A stretch of DNA of 64,000 bases, taken from positions 149,267 through 213,266 of the forward strand of contig JAFGWM010000040.1 in NCBI GenBank assembly GCA_016937155.1, read 5' to 3'. A program made the translations under genes and the position numbers. Below, piece by piece: positions 9,268 to 17,745 of this stretch (its first letter is position 1; each line of letters begins with the position of its first letter). The notes beneath the pieces are model-generated. The model did not search any database and had not been told where the DNA came from. It worked only from the letters and a program-made list of their open reading frames with translations. Source of the DNA: Deltaproteobacteria bacterium. Its GTDB lineage: Bacteria; Myxococcota_A; Polyangia; HGW-17.

Positions 9268-9894
9268 TTGAAAGAAGATTCGATATTCAGTAGAAATCCA
9301 CGTGGGACAACCGAAGTGTTTAAAAAAGCAAAAATTGGTATTGCCGGATGTGGTGGTCTGGGTTCTAACGTTGCTGTGGCACTCACAAGAGCAGGTGTTG
9401 AAAAATTTGTTCTGGCAGACTTTGATGTGGTTGAAAAATCAAATCTTAATCGGCAGCATTTTTTTCTTAATCATATAGGTATTCCCAAGGTGGTTGCACT
9501 AAAGGAACAGTTGCTGAAAATTAATTCACATCTTATCTGTAAATCTATACATACAAAAATCTCGGAAAATAATATTGGTGAAGCTTTTGGAGATTGTGAT
9601 GTTTTGGTTGAGGCATTTGACAATGCTCAGGAGAAAGTGATGCTGATAAACTACTGGCGTAAAAATTTTCCTGATAAATTCATCATATGTGGAAACGGAA
9701 TGGGTGGATTTGGAAATATTGAAGATATTAAAATAAGAAAGCTTGGAAAACTGATTATCATAGGAGATGAAGTAAATGATATGGATAAAGGCCTCTTATC
9801 CACGAGAGTTGGAATAACGGCTCTTAAACAGGCAGACGAGGTACTTAGAGTTTTAATGGAAAATTCAATTCCTGAAGATCCCATTTTTTCCTAA
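9268..9894 (+). CDS. ThiF/MoeB/HesA-family E1-like adenylyltransferase (short form)
   Basis: 208 aa; TTG start; nucleotide-binding GIAGCGGLGSNVAVALTRAGV and DFDVVEKSNLNRQ motif typical of ThiF/MoeB; no C-terminal CxxC or rhodanese domain. Confidence 0.7.
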   Translation: MKEDSIFSRNPRGTTEVFKKAKIGIAGCGGLGSNVAVALTRAGVEKFVLADFDVVEKSNLNRQHFFLNHIGIPKVVALKEQLLKINSHLICKSIHTKISENNIGEAFGDCDVLVEAFDNAQEKVMLINYWRKNFPDKFIICGNGMGGFGNIEDIKIRKLGKLIIIGDEVNDMDKGLLSTRVGITALKQADEVLRVLMENSIPEDPIFS

Positions 9895-10117
9895 AACGCT
9901 TAAACGTAAAATATTTGTATCCAGATAAGTTGATGATTGTTAAAAAATATTCACATTGTAGTTTAAATCCGAAAAAAGATCGATATTATGGTTGTTTGAA
10001 AATGTTTTAAAAGTGATATAAAAACAGTTGGATAAGAAATATTTTACATCATAATTTAAAATTTACAGAATTGGCATTTTACTTGCGGTTTAGGGCAGCA
10101 GTTGTTTGGAGGTTATC

Positions 10118-10969
10118 ATGAAAAAATTATTTTTATTAACAGCAGCATTCTCAGTAATTACATTTCTCAATATATCAACAGCAAATTCACAGGTTCCATG
10201 TGGTGGAGGAATAATTGGAATAGGTCCTATAGGAATAGGCGTCATTGTTGACTGTCCCCCACCCCCACCCCCACCGAGGGTTGTTGTTGTAAAAAGACCA
10301 GCGGTTATTCGCTATGCTGTTTCCAGAAGGGTTGTGGAAGAAGATTCCTGCGACGAGAGTTCTTCATGTCAGAGAAGATCTGCACCTTTGCCCCCACCAC
10401 CTGCTTCAATTCCTGCTGCACCTGCAAATCTTGGTGTGACTGAAGAGATGCCAAGGCTATCACTGGGAGCATTTATGGATAGTTCATCATATGAAGATGG
10501 TGGATTAATGGGTGGTGGTGTGAATCTGAAATACATGCTCAGTGATAACTTTGGTTTTGAATTGAGTACAAGTATTCTTCAGAGTTGCACAAACTGTAAT
10601 GAGTATGCATCCAGAACTGATGCAAGAGTTGGTTTAAGTGCTCTGTACTATCTTGGTAATCCAAGACCCATCGGGTTCAATGTTTATCTCAAGGGTGGAT
10701 TTGTAGTGAATAGCATAACATTTACCGACGACAGGAACGGATCAAGTGAATCTGTTGAGCAGACAAATCTTGAAGTTGGTGGTGGCCTGGAGTATAGACT
10801 TACCAGAAATCTTTCTCTGAATATAGAAGCAACTGGTATGATTGCATCTGAAACTGATGATTCAATAGGTTATGGACCAATTCCTGAAGCTATATCAACA
10901 GGAATTCCCTCATCTGATGTTAATTCCGGAGCTTTCAATGTAAGAGGTGGAGTAAATATTCATTTCTAG
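10118..10969 (+). CDS. outer-membrane beta-barrel protein (OmpA/OmpW-like barrel) with proline-rich N-terminal segment
   Basis: signal peptide MKKLFLLTAAFSVITFLNISTANS; PPPPPPP stretch; alternating amphipathic strands; C-terminal aromatic ...GGVNIHF. Confidence 0.6.
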   Translation: MKKLFLLTAAFSVITFLNISTANSQVPCGGGIIGIGPIGIGVIVDCPPPPPPPRVVVVKRPAVIRYAVSRRVVEEDSCDESSSCQRRSAPLPPPPASIPAAPANLGVTEEMPRLSLGAFMDSSSYEDGGLMGGGVNLKYMLSDNFGFELSTSILQSCTNCNEYASRTDARVGLSALYYLGNPRPIGFNVYLKGGFVVNSITFTDDRNGSSESVEQTNLEVGGGLEYRLTRNLSLNIEATGMIASETDDSIGYGPIPEAISTGIPSSDVNSGAFNVRGGVNIHF

Positions 10970-11078
10970 AGTTTTATTTCCTGGTTCCTCTTCTTCATTT
11001 CCCAGTATTCTTAAGAAATTAAACAAACAGCCGAAAGAAAAAGAAATAAAGTAAACCCTCACGAATAAGGAGAATACA

Positions 11079-11951
11079 ATGAAGAAGGCTGTGTTACTGA
11101 TTTGTCTCATTTTATCAATATGTTTAACTCCAGGGTGTGATGGAGAATCAACAACCGGCTCGAATAACACCATAAATAATGTGACTAATAATGCCACCAA
11201 TAATCTCTCGGATGGATCGGAAAATCTGGTAGTTGAATCTACGTATAACTCCACTCTGAAAACTGTAGCTGTGATGAATGCGTTTATCACTGATTCATCA
11301 AAAAAATCTTCCATTGATGACATAATACTGGATATCAATTTGACAGGATCTGAAAATGTAGAACTGATTATTGGAGCGATTACTTCAAGTGTTAATGACA
11401 CCTGTCTTTCAATAGATACATCTCTGGATGAATTAACATTTACAGCTGATTTTTCTGAAAACTGTCCAATTGATGAAGCTGGAATTAGTGTAGAAGGATC
11501 TGTAAGTGTATCTGTGGCCATTGATCAGGGAATTATAACTGTAGAGTTTGTTTTTACTGATTTTTCCGTTGAAAATCTTCCTGTGGTTAATGGAAACGCT
11601 TCTATAGCATGGGATGGAAATGGAAATTATGAAATAGATTTAGCCTTATCAGTTGGCGAAGCAGATATTTCATTTACTGGAACTGTAGTTTTCGATACTG
11701 GAGTATTTTTACTCAATGGGAGTGCTTCTTATAAAAAAGGTGTCGTGGAATATGATCTTTCAATAAGTGATCTGGCCTGGAATATTGATGATTGTTATCC
11801 CAGTGGAGGGGAAGTGGTTCTGGAAAATGGTATTCTGGATAAAACAGTGGTTTTTGATTCCAGCACACCATCAACAGGAGAAGCAACTTTAACTGTAAGA
11901 AATAGTTCAGAAACACTAAACCTCCCAGCATATGGTTCCTGCCCTCCATAA
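11079..11951 (+). CDS. hypothetical lipoprotein with Asn-rich post-lipobox linker
   Basis: lipobox LTPGC; linker NNTINNVTNNATNN; no recognisable catalytic motif. Confidence 0.5.
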   Translation: MKKAVLLICLILSICLTPGCDGESTTGSNNTINNVTNNATNNLSDGSENLVVESTYNSTLKTVAVMNAFITDSSKKSSIDDIILDINLTGSENVELIIGAITSSVNDTCLSIDTSLDELTFTADFSENCPIDEAGISVEGSVSVSVAIDQGIITVEFVFTDFSVENLPVVNGNASIAWDGNGNYEIDLALSVGEADISFTGTVVFDTGVFLLNGSASYKKGVVEYDLSISDLAWNIDDCYPSGGEVVLENGILDKTVVFDSSTPSTGEATLTVRNSSETLNLPAYGSCPP

Positions 11952-11977
11952 AAAAAAAGGCTCCCTTAGGAGCCAGA
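11952..11977. terminator. bidirectional rho-independent terminator (A-run, GGCTCC-CTTA-GGAGCC hairpin)
   Basis: aaaaaaaaaGGCTCCcttaGGAGCC directly after the stop of the 11079..11951 gene; on the minus strand the same hairpin is followed by a T-run and lies downstream of the small ORF 12016..12195. Confidence 0.6.
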
Positions 11978-12015
11978 TGGATATGGAAATACAAGTTGCC
12001 TGACCTGTATTGGAA

Positions 12016-12195
12016 TTAATTTGATGCTACAGAAAAGTCATCAGAATTTTTTTCGACATTATCATCAGTTAGAATTTCAGAAATTCTTGATGCAAGATCT
12101 TCCCGGATTCTATTTGTGATAATATTGGAAAAGGATTCGATACCCCGGTCAAAATGAGGAAGATTTTTTTCAACTGGAGATTTTAAAGTTTTCAT
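12016..12195 (-). CDS. small hypothetical protein (59 aa), absent from the ORF track
   Basis: minus-strand ATG preceded by strong SD (GGAGGTAATC-ATG); translation MKTLKSPVEKNLPHFDRGIESFSNIITNRIREDLASRISEILTDDNVEKNSDDFSVASN; followed by the terminator hairpin. Confidence 0.45.
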   Translation of the reverse strand: MKTLKSPVEKNLPHFDRGIESFSNIITNRIREDLASRISEILTDDNVEKNSDDFSVASN

Positions 12196-12344
12196 GATTA
12201 CCTCCTACTACATTATACTACATTGGAATACAAATAGATCAAATAAAATAAAATATTTTTCTTAAGTAGTATGATTTTTCATATTTATTGTTATCTTTCC
12301 GGTTATCAGAACGCTGTTGTGTTTTTTAAAAACGGAGTTGTAAA

Positions 12345-13145
12345 ATGTGGCCATTTTTAATGGAAGGATTACCAACTTACGGAATAATGCTGATAACTGG
12401 TATTTTTTTCGCAATAATCACATTTCGTATTATGGGTAAAAGTCTTTTTACAGACCATGAAACTATGTTTGATTATGCTCTTATTATGCTTTTGTCTGGT
12501 CTTTTTGGGGCAAGAATTCTTCATGTGGTGGTGAAGGGGGGAATATATTTCCAAAATCCTCTGAACATTTTAAGAATAAACGATGGGGGATTTACATTTT
12601 TAGGCGGAATACTTGGAGGTGCAGTGGTTTTAATAGTATTCCGTAAGAAAATTCCTGTTATGAGATTTGCGGATATTTCAGCTGTATCCGTGGCAATTGC
12701 CCATTTTTTTGGAAGAATGGGATGCAATTTTGCAGGTTGCTGCTGGGGAAAAGCTACCAGTTGTAAATTGTGTTCATTAAAATTCACAAGTAAAAGTGCA
12801 GTGGAAGAATTCTATAAAGGTACAGGTAATATTAATGGAATCAATCAATTCAGGTTGCCGGTACAGTTAATGGAAGCTGCTCTGGTGCTTGGAATATTCA
12901 TATTTCTCATAATCTACAATACAAAAAAAAGATTTGATGGTCAGTTGCTTGCTATTTACATGATTATTTATGGAGGAGGAAGGTTTTTGCTGGAGATCAT
13001 CAGAGATGACCCAGGTAGAGGATATCTGTTCAGATTGAATTTGTCCGGTGGTGATATGCAGTGCTGTTTTACTTCGCAGATAATCGGTTTGATAATGCTT
13101 GTTGGGGGAATTTTTATTATTAGACGAAAACTCAGGAAGCTTTAG
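12345..13145 (+). CDS. lgt: prolipoprotein diacylglyceryl transferase
   Basis: polytopic membrane protein; Lgt-like motifs FGRMGCNF and YGGGRFLLEIIRDDPG (Y-x3-RF-x2-E-x2-R-D); contains an unusual Cys-rich insert. Confidence 0.7.
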   Translation: MWPFLMEGLPTYGIMLITGIFFAIITFRIMGKSLFTDHETMFDYALIMLLSGLFGARILHVVVKGGIYFQNPLNILRINDGGFTFLGGILGGAVVLIVFRKKIPVMRFADISAVSVAIAHFFGRMGCNFAGCCWGKATSCKLCSLKFTSKSAVEEFYKGTGNINGINQFRLPVQLMEAALVLGIFIFLIIYNTKKRFDGQLLAIYMIIYGGGRFLLEIIRDDPGRGYLFRLNLSGGDMQCCFTSQIIGLIMLVGGIFIIRRKLRKL

Positions 13146-14352
13146 CTCTGGTTTCTATGCGTGGCATGGATCTCTCTATTACAACATCGCGATCAATCAC
13201 GCATCTGGTAACGTTTTCCATTGATGGAATCTCGTACATTATATCAAGCATAATGTCTTCGATAATAGCTCTCAGCCCTCTTGCCCCCATTTTACGGTTA
13301 TAGCTCTCTTCTGCAATTGTTCTGAGGGAATCCGGTGTGAAGACAAGTTCAACATTTTCAAGTTCAAACAGTTTTTTGTACTGGGAAACCAGACTGTTTT
13401 TAGGTTTCCATAGAATCTGCTCAAGATCTTCGATGCTGAGATCATCAACTGTTACAATTATTGGTACACGTCCCATAAACTCAGGGATCATACCGTACTT
13501 GAAAAGATCTTCATTTCGTACCTGCTGTCTCAGTTTGTTTTTATCTTCTTCTTTCGGTTGAATATTGGCACCAAATCCCATGCCCTTGTCACCAAGTCGT
13601 CTTTTGATGTTCTCTTCTATGTTATTGAAAGCTCCTGAAAGTATAAAAAGAATATCTGTGGTATCAATCTGGACTGGATTTGAGGAGCGAACCTTACTGT
13701 TGTCAGGCTGGATAGTTATAAGTTTTCCTTCAAGTAATTTTAAAAGAGCCTGTTGAACTCCTTCCCCTGATACATCTCTCCCGCTTCCTGAACCGGTACC
13801 TCTTTTTGCAATTTTATCTATCTCGTCGATAAAAATGATTCCGCGGCCAGCTTTTTCAACATCGTTTCCTGCGCTACGATAAAGAGATTTGATAAGACTT
13901 TCCACATCCTCTCCAACATAACCAGCTTCAGTGAGGGTAGTGGCATCACCAATAGCGAGAGGAACATCAAGTTTTTTCGCAAGAGTTTCCACAAGCAGTG
14001 TTTTACCGGTTCCTGTAGGCCCAATGAGAAGAATATTGCCCTTGGTCAGTTCAACTTTTTTTGAAACACTTCTTTTTCTGCTGTCCAGACGTTTATAGTG
14101 ATTGTAAACAGCAACACTTAAAACTCTTTTTGCCATATCCTGGCCAATAATATATCTGTTAAGTTCATCAAAAATTAGCTTTGGGCGGTATTCAGAAACA
14201 GATTTGGCAAATTCCTCCCTCATGAGCAGATCATTACAGACATTAACACACTCATCGCATATGTAGACTTTAGGTCCACTGATAAGTTTTCTTACTTCAG
14301 ACCTCTTTTTTGAACAAAATGAACACTTTATTTCAGGACGCATATTTCTCAC
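13132..14352 (-). CDS. clpX: ATP-dependent Clp protease ATP-binding subunit ClpX
   Basis: N-terminal C4 zinc finger (CSFC...CDEC), Walker A GPTGTGKT, IGF-loop region; 406 aa. Confidence 0.95.
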   Translation of the reverse strand: MRNMRPEIKCSFCSKKRSEVRKLISGPKVYICDECVNVCNDLLMREEFAKSVSEYRPKLIFDELNRYIIGQDMAKRVLSVAVYNHYKRLDSRKRSVSKKVELTKGNILLIGPTGTGKTLLVETLAKKLDVPLAIGDATTLTEAGYVGEDVESLIKSLYRSAGNDVEKAGRGIIFIDEIDKIAKRGTGSGSGRDVSGEGVQQALLKLLEGKLITIQPDNSKVRSSNPVQIDTTDILFILSGAFNNIEENIKRRLGDKGMGFGANIQPKEEDKNKLRQQVRNEDLFKYGMIPEFMGRVPIIVTVDDLSIEDLEQILWKPKNSLVSQYKKLFELENVELVFTPDSLRTIAEESYNRKMGARGLRAIIEDIMLDIMYEIPSMENVTRCVIDRDVVIERSMPRIETRAKAS

Positions 14353-14679
14353 CTGCCATCAGTGAAACGTAGATGGCTTTTATAACATATATCTTAATTT
14401 CCCAGTTGCAAGGTTAGGGAAACCACTTTTAAAATTATCCCTTCTACATGAAAAGGATCACAAATGTCCAGTCAATAGGTAATTATCGAACAATTTTGAG
14501 TAAAATTTACCACTGCAGGGCAAAAATGTCATACTTTACGTCCATTTTATGTATCAGATGGTTAGCAACAGCCAAAAGTACAAATTTATTTCTTGTAATA
14601 TCATCAATGTAGGTACATATATAATTTACATGGCACAAAGAATGCACAATCCTATGGTTCATTCTGGAGGTTTGTTAAA

Positions 14680-16404
14680 ATGCGCAGAAAAATACTTATT
14701 GTTTCCTATCTTATTTTAGCTCTTTCAATTCTCGAAGGTTGTTCAGATGATGATTCTGCAAAGGATTCTTATTCCAATAATGTTGCTAATAATGCATACA
14801 ACAACACCGCAAACGGTGGTAATGTTAATGTTGGAGGCGTTCAGGATATTGGAGTTTTCAGGGAAATTATTGAAAGTGGAGGTATTCCTGCACCTTCAAC
14901 ATTTTCTGATAACGGCTTTTTCTCTGAGCATTATATAGAATATCCGTTCAGTGACTGTGGGGAAAATATCTGCCTCAACGGAATGATGGGAAGAGGAAAT
15001 TCGGTTATATCCAATGATTATATGAATGTAATTCAGATTGTTCTTAAGTCTTATCTTGATCCGGCAGATTTTTCACGGCCACCCACAGATTTCATACTTG
15101 TTATCGATGTTTCAGGATCCATGGCAGGTGATAAAATTACGAAGGTAAGAGAAGGTCTTCATCTCATGGTTGATTCTCTTAACTCAGATGACAGAATCTC
15201 TTTGATAGCGTTTTCTGATTTTATTCAGGAAAAACTGGATCTTACGTATGCCGATTCTCTGGAAAACAAAGAGTCAATGCATCTGGCTGTAAGTAATCTT
15301 GTTCCTGGGGGTTCGACTAATATTTACGGTGGATTGAGTGCTGGTTTTGCAAAAGCACAAATCGGTGTTGAACAGGAAAGACATGTAAGAGTTGTACTTC
15401 TTTCTGATGGAGTTCCAACTTCCGGTGAAGTGGATCCTAATGTCATTCAAAGTTTTGCTGAATCAAGAGCTACTGATAATGTTCAACTTACAAGTATAGG
15501 AGTCGGTTCAGATATTAACTATGATCTTATGAAAAATCTGGCTCTCGAAGGCGGAAATTTTTATTATATCGAGAACTATAGTGCCCTCAGTGATATTTTT
15601 GTTACAGAACTTGATTATTTTGCATTTCCTATAGCAAAAGATATTACCATAAGTGTTGTTTCATCCACTGGTATAAAAATAGGAGATTCTGTTGGATTTG
15701 GTGATGCCTGGATTCCCGAAGGTAATGGAGGAAGTGCACAATTCCCCAATCTGTATCTTGCTTCAAGAACAAGTAATGATATTGAAGATCCCTATTCCAG
15801 AAGAGGTGGTGGCAGTGCACTGTTTTTAAGGGTTACCCCAACAGGAGAGACAGTGGATCTTTCTAAGGCATATGTAAAATTGAGATATCTGGACCCGGAT
15901 ATGGATGATTATGTGGATCAACTTTTCACTCTCAGTGATCTGGGAATGGATGGCTCTATTCCAGTTGATGAATATTACAGTGAGTACGAAATGAAAAAGA
16001 GCTTTGCAATGCTGAATGCTTACCTCGCTTTTTATGAGACGGTTGTTTTAGCTGAGAACTGGATGATGGAGGAGAGTTTTGATTTGATAACAGGGGCTAT
16101 TGACTGGATGTACACAGTGAACATCGTTCTAGATGATGATGATATATCAGCAGATATAGTATTGATGGAACAACTTTCAAATAATATATATCCTTACACT
16201 TATAGCGGGGATGACTATTACTGCAACAATGGTGATTGTTATTATCCAGAGACAGATTATGAAAACGACAGAGAAGAAGTTCATTACGGATGTTCCCAGG
16301 GTAATGGAAACAGTTCACACTTCATTTCAATAATGCTTCTGACCCTGAGTTTTGCCTTATATTTCCGCAGAAAATATTCCTTCAAAAAAGTTAAAGATCT
16401 CTAA
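14680..16404 (+). CDS. von Willebrand factor A domain lipoprotein with C-terminal Cys/TM/basic anchor
   Basis: lipobox ILEGCSDD; Asn-rich linker NNVANNAYNNTANGGNVNVGG; vWA MIDAS context DFILVIDVSGSMAGDKI; C-terminus GCSQGNGNSS + hydrophobic helix + RRKYSFKKVKDL. Confidence 0.75.
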   Translation: MRRKILIVSYLILALSILEGCSDDDSAKDSYSNNVANNAYNNTANGGNVNVGGVQDIGVFREIIESGGIPAPSTFSDNGFFSEHYIEYPFSDCGENICLNGMMGRGNSVISNDYMNVIQIVLKSYLDPADFSRPPTDFILVIDVSGSMAGDKITKVREGLHLMVDSLNSDDRISLIAFSDFIQEKLDLTYADSLENKESMHLAVSNLVPGGSTNIYGGLSAGFAKAQIGVEQERHVRVVLLSDGVPTSGEVDPNVIQSFAESRATDNVQLTSIGVGSDINYDLMKNLALEGGNFYYIENYSALSDIFVTELDYFAFPIAKDITISVVSSTGIKIGDSVGFGDAWIPEGNGGSAQFPNLYLASRTSNDIEDPYSRRGGGSALFLRVTPTGETVDLSKAYVKLRYLDPDMDDYVDQLFTLSDLGMDGSIPVDEYYSEYEMKKSFAMLNAYLAFYETVVLAENWMMEESFDLITGAIDWMYTVNIVLDDDDISADIVLMEQLSNNIYPYTYSGDDYYCNNGDCYYPETDYENDREEVHYGCSQGNGNSSHFISIMLLTLSFALYFRRKYSFKKVKDL

Positions 16405-17657
16405 AGGGGAGATTTATTTATACCGGCAGCCCGGCATTCATTACAGATTTCTTCAGGATTTTCCCTTGTACCGAGTTTTATTCGCAGAAGATCTTCGGGT
16501 GACAAAGTAAGCATGAGTTTCGAACACTGGGAACATATGATCTGCTTTCCGCTGCTGTGCTCATGCATGAATTTTTCACAAACCGGACATGGTTTAACAG
16601 GTTCAACATCTGGCAGTGATCCAGTTTTTTTCAGTATCCTTAATTGTGTTTCTCTTTTCCATTTCCATTTTCCGGTACAACCGAACTTTTCATATTTACA
16701 ACTGATTTCTTTATCCTCGAAATCATTCAACTGGTCATAACAACTGTCACAAAGTCTTCGTGGAACACTCTGACCACTTTTTTTTCTGGCGAATATACTT
16801 CCCCGTTTTTCAGTCCAAGTTCCATTGCATTCAGGAATTCTACACTTGTGTGTTAAATCGGACAACTGTGAGTAAAGTTCACTGCACTCCGGACACATTC
16901 TTAGAGGGTATTTTTCTTCACTGTGACTTGTGAAAGAGTATTCCAGTTGTGAAAATCTTGTCCAAACCCAGGTGTTGCTGCACTCTTCGACCCTGCAGTT
17001 TAGTTCTATATCATTTAACTGATTCATTTTTTCACTACAGGAATCACAAAGTTTGCGAGGAGGGTTTTTCCTGCCCTTTTTTATATTTTCCAGTTGTGAA
17101 ATTCTTGTCCATGTCCATGTGTTATCACAACCCTTTATTTTGCATTTCTGGGCTTTATCCTCGAGTGTTTTAAAGGTGGCATAACAATCATTACACATTT
17201 TTTGAGGTGGAGTTGAAGAGTCACTCACCATCTGATCTCTTCCTGTCCAGATCCAGGTGTTTGAACAGCCGCTTATTTTGCAGGGAATATGTTGTGCTTC
17301 GATGGATTTTGAACTATCCATACAGGCTTGGCAGAGCCTTTTGGGAATTGACTTCCTTTTATTTATCTTATCAGCAACCTGTGCAATTCGGTTATATCTC
17401 CATGTGTTTGGACAATCGGAATTTGAACAGGGTTCTTCTCGATCCTGAAAATTCTGAAATAATTCAAAACAACGGTCACACATTTTAAGAGGAGGATCGC
17501 GATGTCCTTCACTCATTGCTTTGAGTTGATCCTCACCTGTCCATATCCAGGTATTATTGCATCCGCTTATTCTACAAGGAACTTTTTTATCCTTAAGTCC
17601 CTGCATCAGAGACCCAACATTTTTCATGACCAACTCTCCTTTATCCAGTTCTGACAT
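16401..17657 (-). CDS. cytoplasmic tandem zinc-ribbon repeat protein (7 repeats of C-x4-C-x-N-T-W-x-W ... C-x2-C)
   Basis: 418 aa, no signal peptide; repeated modules CRISGCNNTWIWT...CDRC, CSNSDCPNTWRY...CQAC, CKISGCSNTWIWT...CNDC, CKIKGCDNTWTWT...CDSC, CRVEECSNTWVWT...CPEC, CRIPECNGTWTEK...CDSC, CTGKWKWK...CPVC; no family I can name. Confidence 0.7.
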   Translation of the reverse strand: MSELDKGELVMKNVGSLMQGLKDKKVPCRISGCNNTWIWTGEDQLKAMSEGHRDPPLKMCDRCFELFQNFQDREEPCSNSDCPNTWRYNRIAQVADKINKRKSIPKRLCQACMDSSKSIEAQHIPCKISGCSNTWIWTGRDQMVSDSSTPPQKMCNDCYATFKTLEDKAQKCKIKGCDNTWTWTRISQLENIKKGRKNPPRKLCDSCSEKMNQLNDIELNCRVEECSNTWVWTRFSQLEYSFTSHSEEKYPLRMCPECSELYSQLSDLTHKCRIPECNGTWTEKRGSIFARKKSGQSVPRRLCDSCYDQLNDFEDKEISCKYEKFGCTGKWKWKRETQLRILKKTGSLPDVEPVKPCPVCEKFMHEHSSGKQIICSQCSKLMLTLSPEDLLRIKLGTRENPEEICNECRAAGINKSPL

Positions 17658-17745
17658 CAGGGTTTATTTCCCGGAACATGAAATCCTGAAAAGTAACAGT
17701 GTTGGTAAAAGTTAGCAGATGTTAAAACTGCGTCAATACAAATTA

